Positions 60,303-64,000 of a stretch of DNA of 64,000 bases are shown here, piece by piece. This stretch comes from the human T2T-CHM13v2.0 reference genome, Homo sapiens, in assembly GCF_009914755.1 (NCBI RefSeq), contig NC_060927.1; one strand, written 5' to 3'. The notes beneath the pieces are model-generated. The model saw only the letters and a program-made list of their open reading frames with translations, searched no databases and was not told the DNA's origin. The position numbers were made by a program, and so were the translations under genes. Each line of letters starts with the position of its first letter. Position 1 is the first letter of the stretch.

Positions 60303-62392
60303 CTATTTATTTTCAGTGTTTTTCATGGCATATCTCTTATTTGTATGTCACATTGCATCTTTTTTCAAATGAAAACTCAGAGAGGCTAACTGCCTTGCCC
60401 AAGCTCACACAGCTTATCAGTGAGGAATACAAGATTCAGAGCCTAAGCTCTCCCATGCCCCCTCCCTAGTCTTGAGTAAGGCCCATGAAAGACTTGGCTG
60501 TGCGCACAACACTGGGAATTGGTAGGAAGTGACCATTATTGGACAGCAGTGATTTGACCTAATCATTTCCTCTTCTTATGCTTGTTTCTTGCTGGCTTGC
60601 CTTCTCCACACCCACCCTATAGTGCCCCTTCCTTACTCTCCAAAACTCTTCATCAACTCCCCAAATCCAAGACCTATAATCTATGACTGACAGCTCCAGC
60701 TTCTAAATAACCAGGTATATAGGAACAATGCCCCAATAGCCATAGCAACAGGGGTGGGTGGCATTCCAGTATATTGCATCTGTCACAGCCCCCATTTCCA
60801 CCCCCCATCCCCACATACAGCAGAACCCCAGCCACAGGAACTCGACTGAATATGGCCTTGCTAACTCACACACAAACCCCAGCAGCTGCATCCATCTCTT
60901 TGAAATGAGGCTTTCATGCTGTGGCTGCCACATGGGCTCCAGATGGCATTCCAAGCAGGAAGAAAAAAACTAGGAGGAGGAAGGGACAACAACAATATCA
61001 GGAAGGGAAAATTTCCCAGGAATCCTCAGCAGACTTCTACTTAGGTCTCATTGGCCAGGACTGTGCACCTGGCCACCCCTAGCTGCAAAGGAGGCTGTCT
61101 TGAGTACAATCATGGCCAGAGAAAGGAGGAGAGATGGGTTTTGGGTAATCTGCCACACCAGAGAGGCCACCCTAAATCCCTGGGTTGAGTATAAGGTGCA
61201 GAAAACAGGCAGCAGAAGGGGAGCACCAGGGTCAAATAGATGAAGATGGTCATTTAAAGGGATGCAGTGGTCATTATGTGGCATCCCTAGACTCCCCTCT
61301 GGCACTGAAGGGCTCATCTTCCCAGTGCTTGGAGTTCTGCTAACATACCCCAAGCTCTCAGCCTTCTTTGGGAATCATGTTGGCTGAAAAGAGTCACCTT
61401 GCCCAAAGTCATGCCCCTGTCCAGGGGCAAGGGCGGCCCTCATCCATTGCCTCATCCCTGCATAATTTTGCAGGCCCATCCTAGCCCCAGAGTGCCATGT
61501 GGGGTAGGCTGAGGTTTTGAGACTGCGTGGCCTCCCCCTCTCTTTTCCCACATCCTCTCCTCCCCTTCCCTTCCTCCCACGGCCCTAGAGCACTCCTGAT
61601 AAGCATCCAGCAGGGTGATCTCCCTAAGCCACAGCCTGCACCAAAGAACAAACCACTCTTTTTTTCTAGTTAAACCTCACTGGCATCTGCTGAGTGCTGG
61701 GTGTGTTTGAGGCACTGAGCCAGGTGCTGGGAGTGGAGGGAGTGGGTGATCCAAACATGAGTAAGATCAGTTCCCACCTTCTAGAATCTCACAGCCCAGT
61801 GCATGGAACTGGGAAAACACGTGACTCCGAGACAAGACAACAGATAGTAAGATAAATACAAAGTGTGATGGCTACTCAAAGGAGGAAGACGTTATAAATG
61901 TTTTGATAGGAAGTGGAGAGAGATTAGGAAATCTGGAGATGCTGCACATGGGAGGGAGACTTTGACAGGCCTCTGAAGGATGGCTGGGTAGAGCCCATGG
62001 CAGACAGCACTCCAGGCAGGACCGGCCTAAGCAAAAGCGCAGAGGGCTCAGCATGGGCCATGTCCAGATGGCAACACAGATCCAGTTTGGCCACAATGGG
62101 AAGTGAAACAGAGCACAAGAACATGAGCTTCCAAGTCAGACAGTGCTGTGCTCAACTCGCAGCTCTGCCCTCTCTGAGAGAGGGATGTCAGCAGGTAACT
62201 TAACCTCCAACAGCCATGGTTTTCTTATCTGTAAATCAGGAATTGCAACACCCCCCTCTGCCCCAGGGGTCATTGTGGGGACTGAATAGTGGAAATATTA
62301 AACTACTACATGAACTCTTCGAGGAGCAGGAGGCTCCGTTGACACCCTAGTTTTTATTATACAAGCAGAAATATTAAGGCTACTTCTGCAGC

Positions 62393-62575
62393 CACTGGTT
62401 CTCAAAGTCAGATCCCTGATCAGCAGCATCCCATTACCTGCGAGCCTGCTAGGAATGCAGAATCTCAGGCCCCAACCCCAACCCAGACCTGCTGAATCAG
62501 AAATTCTGGGTGCGGCATCCAGCAGTGTATATTAATGAAGGGAGCTGAGGCACATGAAAACCTGAAAACCTCTGG
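62393..62575. mobile_element. MER5A-type MITE (similar copies at ~58495-58650 and ~63108-63268)
   Basis: ggttctcaaagt...cagcagcatc...atgcagaatctcaggcccc...cagacctgctgaatcagaa. Confidence 0.7.
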
Positions 62576-64000
62576 GTTAAGCCAACAGAGGAATTTATTT
62601 TAAGGGTACAGGAGCTCTTCATGGAATTCAAAGACAGGTGCAGCAGGGCCTCAAAAAAGGGCGGCTGACAGAGATGGGAGACTGGGGCAACAAGGATCTC
62701 CTTCTGCTTCTCTCATCTCAACTTATCTTTTAACCTCTGCCTCTCTCTTCCTGTGGCTGCGAATAAGCTTTCTTTATGTCTTACTTCCACCAGCTGAGGG
62801 TTTCTATCGTAAAGGGTGAAATCTGAGAGGCTGAAATCTGTTTGTCTCCACTCCAGGTCACCCTGGAAGCCGCTCATTGGCCCAGATGGAGTTCGGTGCC
62901 TCTACCTGGGCCGCTTAATGTGGTTTAGAGGCTGAGACACTTAGTCTGAGTATAGGTGCTCTTGCCCAAACCAAATGGATGAAAGTGAGGTGCCGATTCA
63001 ATGGGGTCTCCTATGCTAGGAACACCAGCCAGTCAGGTGCTGGAGAAAGAGATCAAGTTGAGACTGTGGAATTTAGGAGACTGTGGCTTTGAGACTAGTT
63101 CCATAGAACAGTGGTTCTCAAAGTGTGATCCCCAGACCAGCAGTCTCAGCCACATGATGTCAGAAGTGCAGTCTTGGCCCCAACCTACCCCAGAGCTACT
63201 AAACCAGAAACTCTCTTGGTGGCCTTGTCAATCCTTGCTTTAACAAGGACAAGTTAGAGAACCACTGTCAGGGAGGGCACAGAAAGAGGTAAAAAAAAAA
63301 AAAAAAACTTTTAAATGAGAGAGACACATCATTTCTGTAGCCTCGTCCGTCTTTCACTCCATTTTCTTAGAATCATAATGAAACAGGCAAACGAGACATC
63401 AGAGGAAAACACATCCAGGGTGATGGCTCCCCCTTCTTTTCTTTCCTTAGTGCACAGTGCACATAGTAAAAGACAACTTCCCAAATTATGCAGGCTGTTA
63501 GAGCTGGAATAGAGCCTGATCTTCCCTCTTTACTTTTGGGGAAACCAAGGTCCTGAGGGATAGCATTTCAGAACCAGTGTCTCATTTACTGGCAGAGAAG
63601 GGACTGAATCTCAGGCCCCCTAACTTCAAGCAGTCATGATTTAAAAATGGAACTTGTCTAAGTCAAAGAGAAAAGTAACTGAGAAAGTAGATTCAAAGGA
63701 AGTCATACAAGACCTGCATAGAAAATTAAAAGCAATGCAGCCCTGGCCAGTGGAGTTAGCATCTACAGTGTCATTTTGTGGAATCCCAAACCGAATTATC
63801 AATCCCCGACATCCATGGTCAAGCCTTAAATTCCATCGTTATGATGACTAAGAGCTTTTTTCACTCACCACAAACCAGGTAAACCTAAACCACTGCCACC
63901 TCAAAATTAGAACATCCAAGGCTTTAACAAGAAAGGAAAAGAGAGGAGAGGAAGGAGACATCTTGTAGAGACATAACAAAAGAAAAAGACAGCTCATAAG

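Overview
Human (primate) genomic DNA containing the complete CC chemokine receptor 3 gene (CCR3; known position 3p21.31) on the + strand. It comprises a GATA-rich non-coding first exon (~6240-6400), ~22.6 kb between that exon and the coding exon containing small alternative 5' exons (26127/26130-26205; 28249-28308/28317), and one coding exon (CDS 29021-30088, 355 aa). The rest is mostly transposon-derived. It includes an antisense 5.8 kb deleted-type HERV-H provirus with both LTR7s and an intact tRNA-His PBS, a separate solo LTR7, a Ricksha (MULE) element carrying an MLT2/HERV-L piece, THE1, ERV1-like and ERVL remnants, several L1 fragments, 16 Alus and MER DNA transposons. No CRISPR, RNA gene or second intact protein-coding gene is supported, and I did not find a convincing new biological system. 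The most unusual items are: (1) an ancient hAT (Ac/ZBED-like) transposase fossil at ~49.7-50.5 kb whose catalytic segment is duplicated in inverted orientation; (2) a ~120 bp duplication that gives a twin of the CCR3 N-terminal-extension exon; (3) three co-oriented LTR7s pointing at the CCR3 promoter; (4) several template-switch scars (17.1-18.1 kb, 15.7 kb, 33.2 kb, 57.9/58.7 kb). Repeat family names come from memory of consensus sequences, not from a search.
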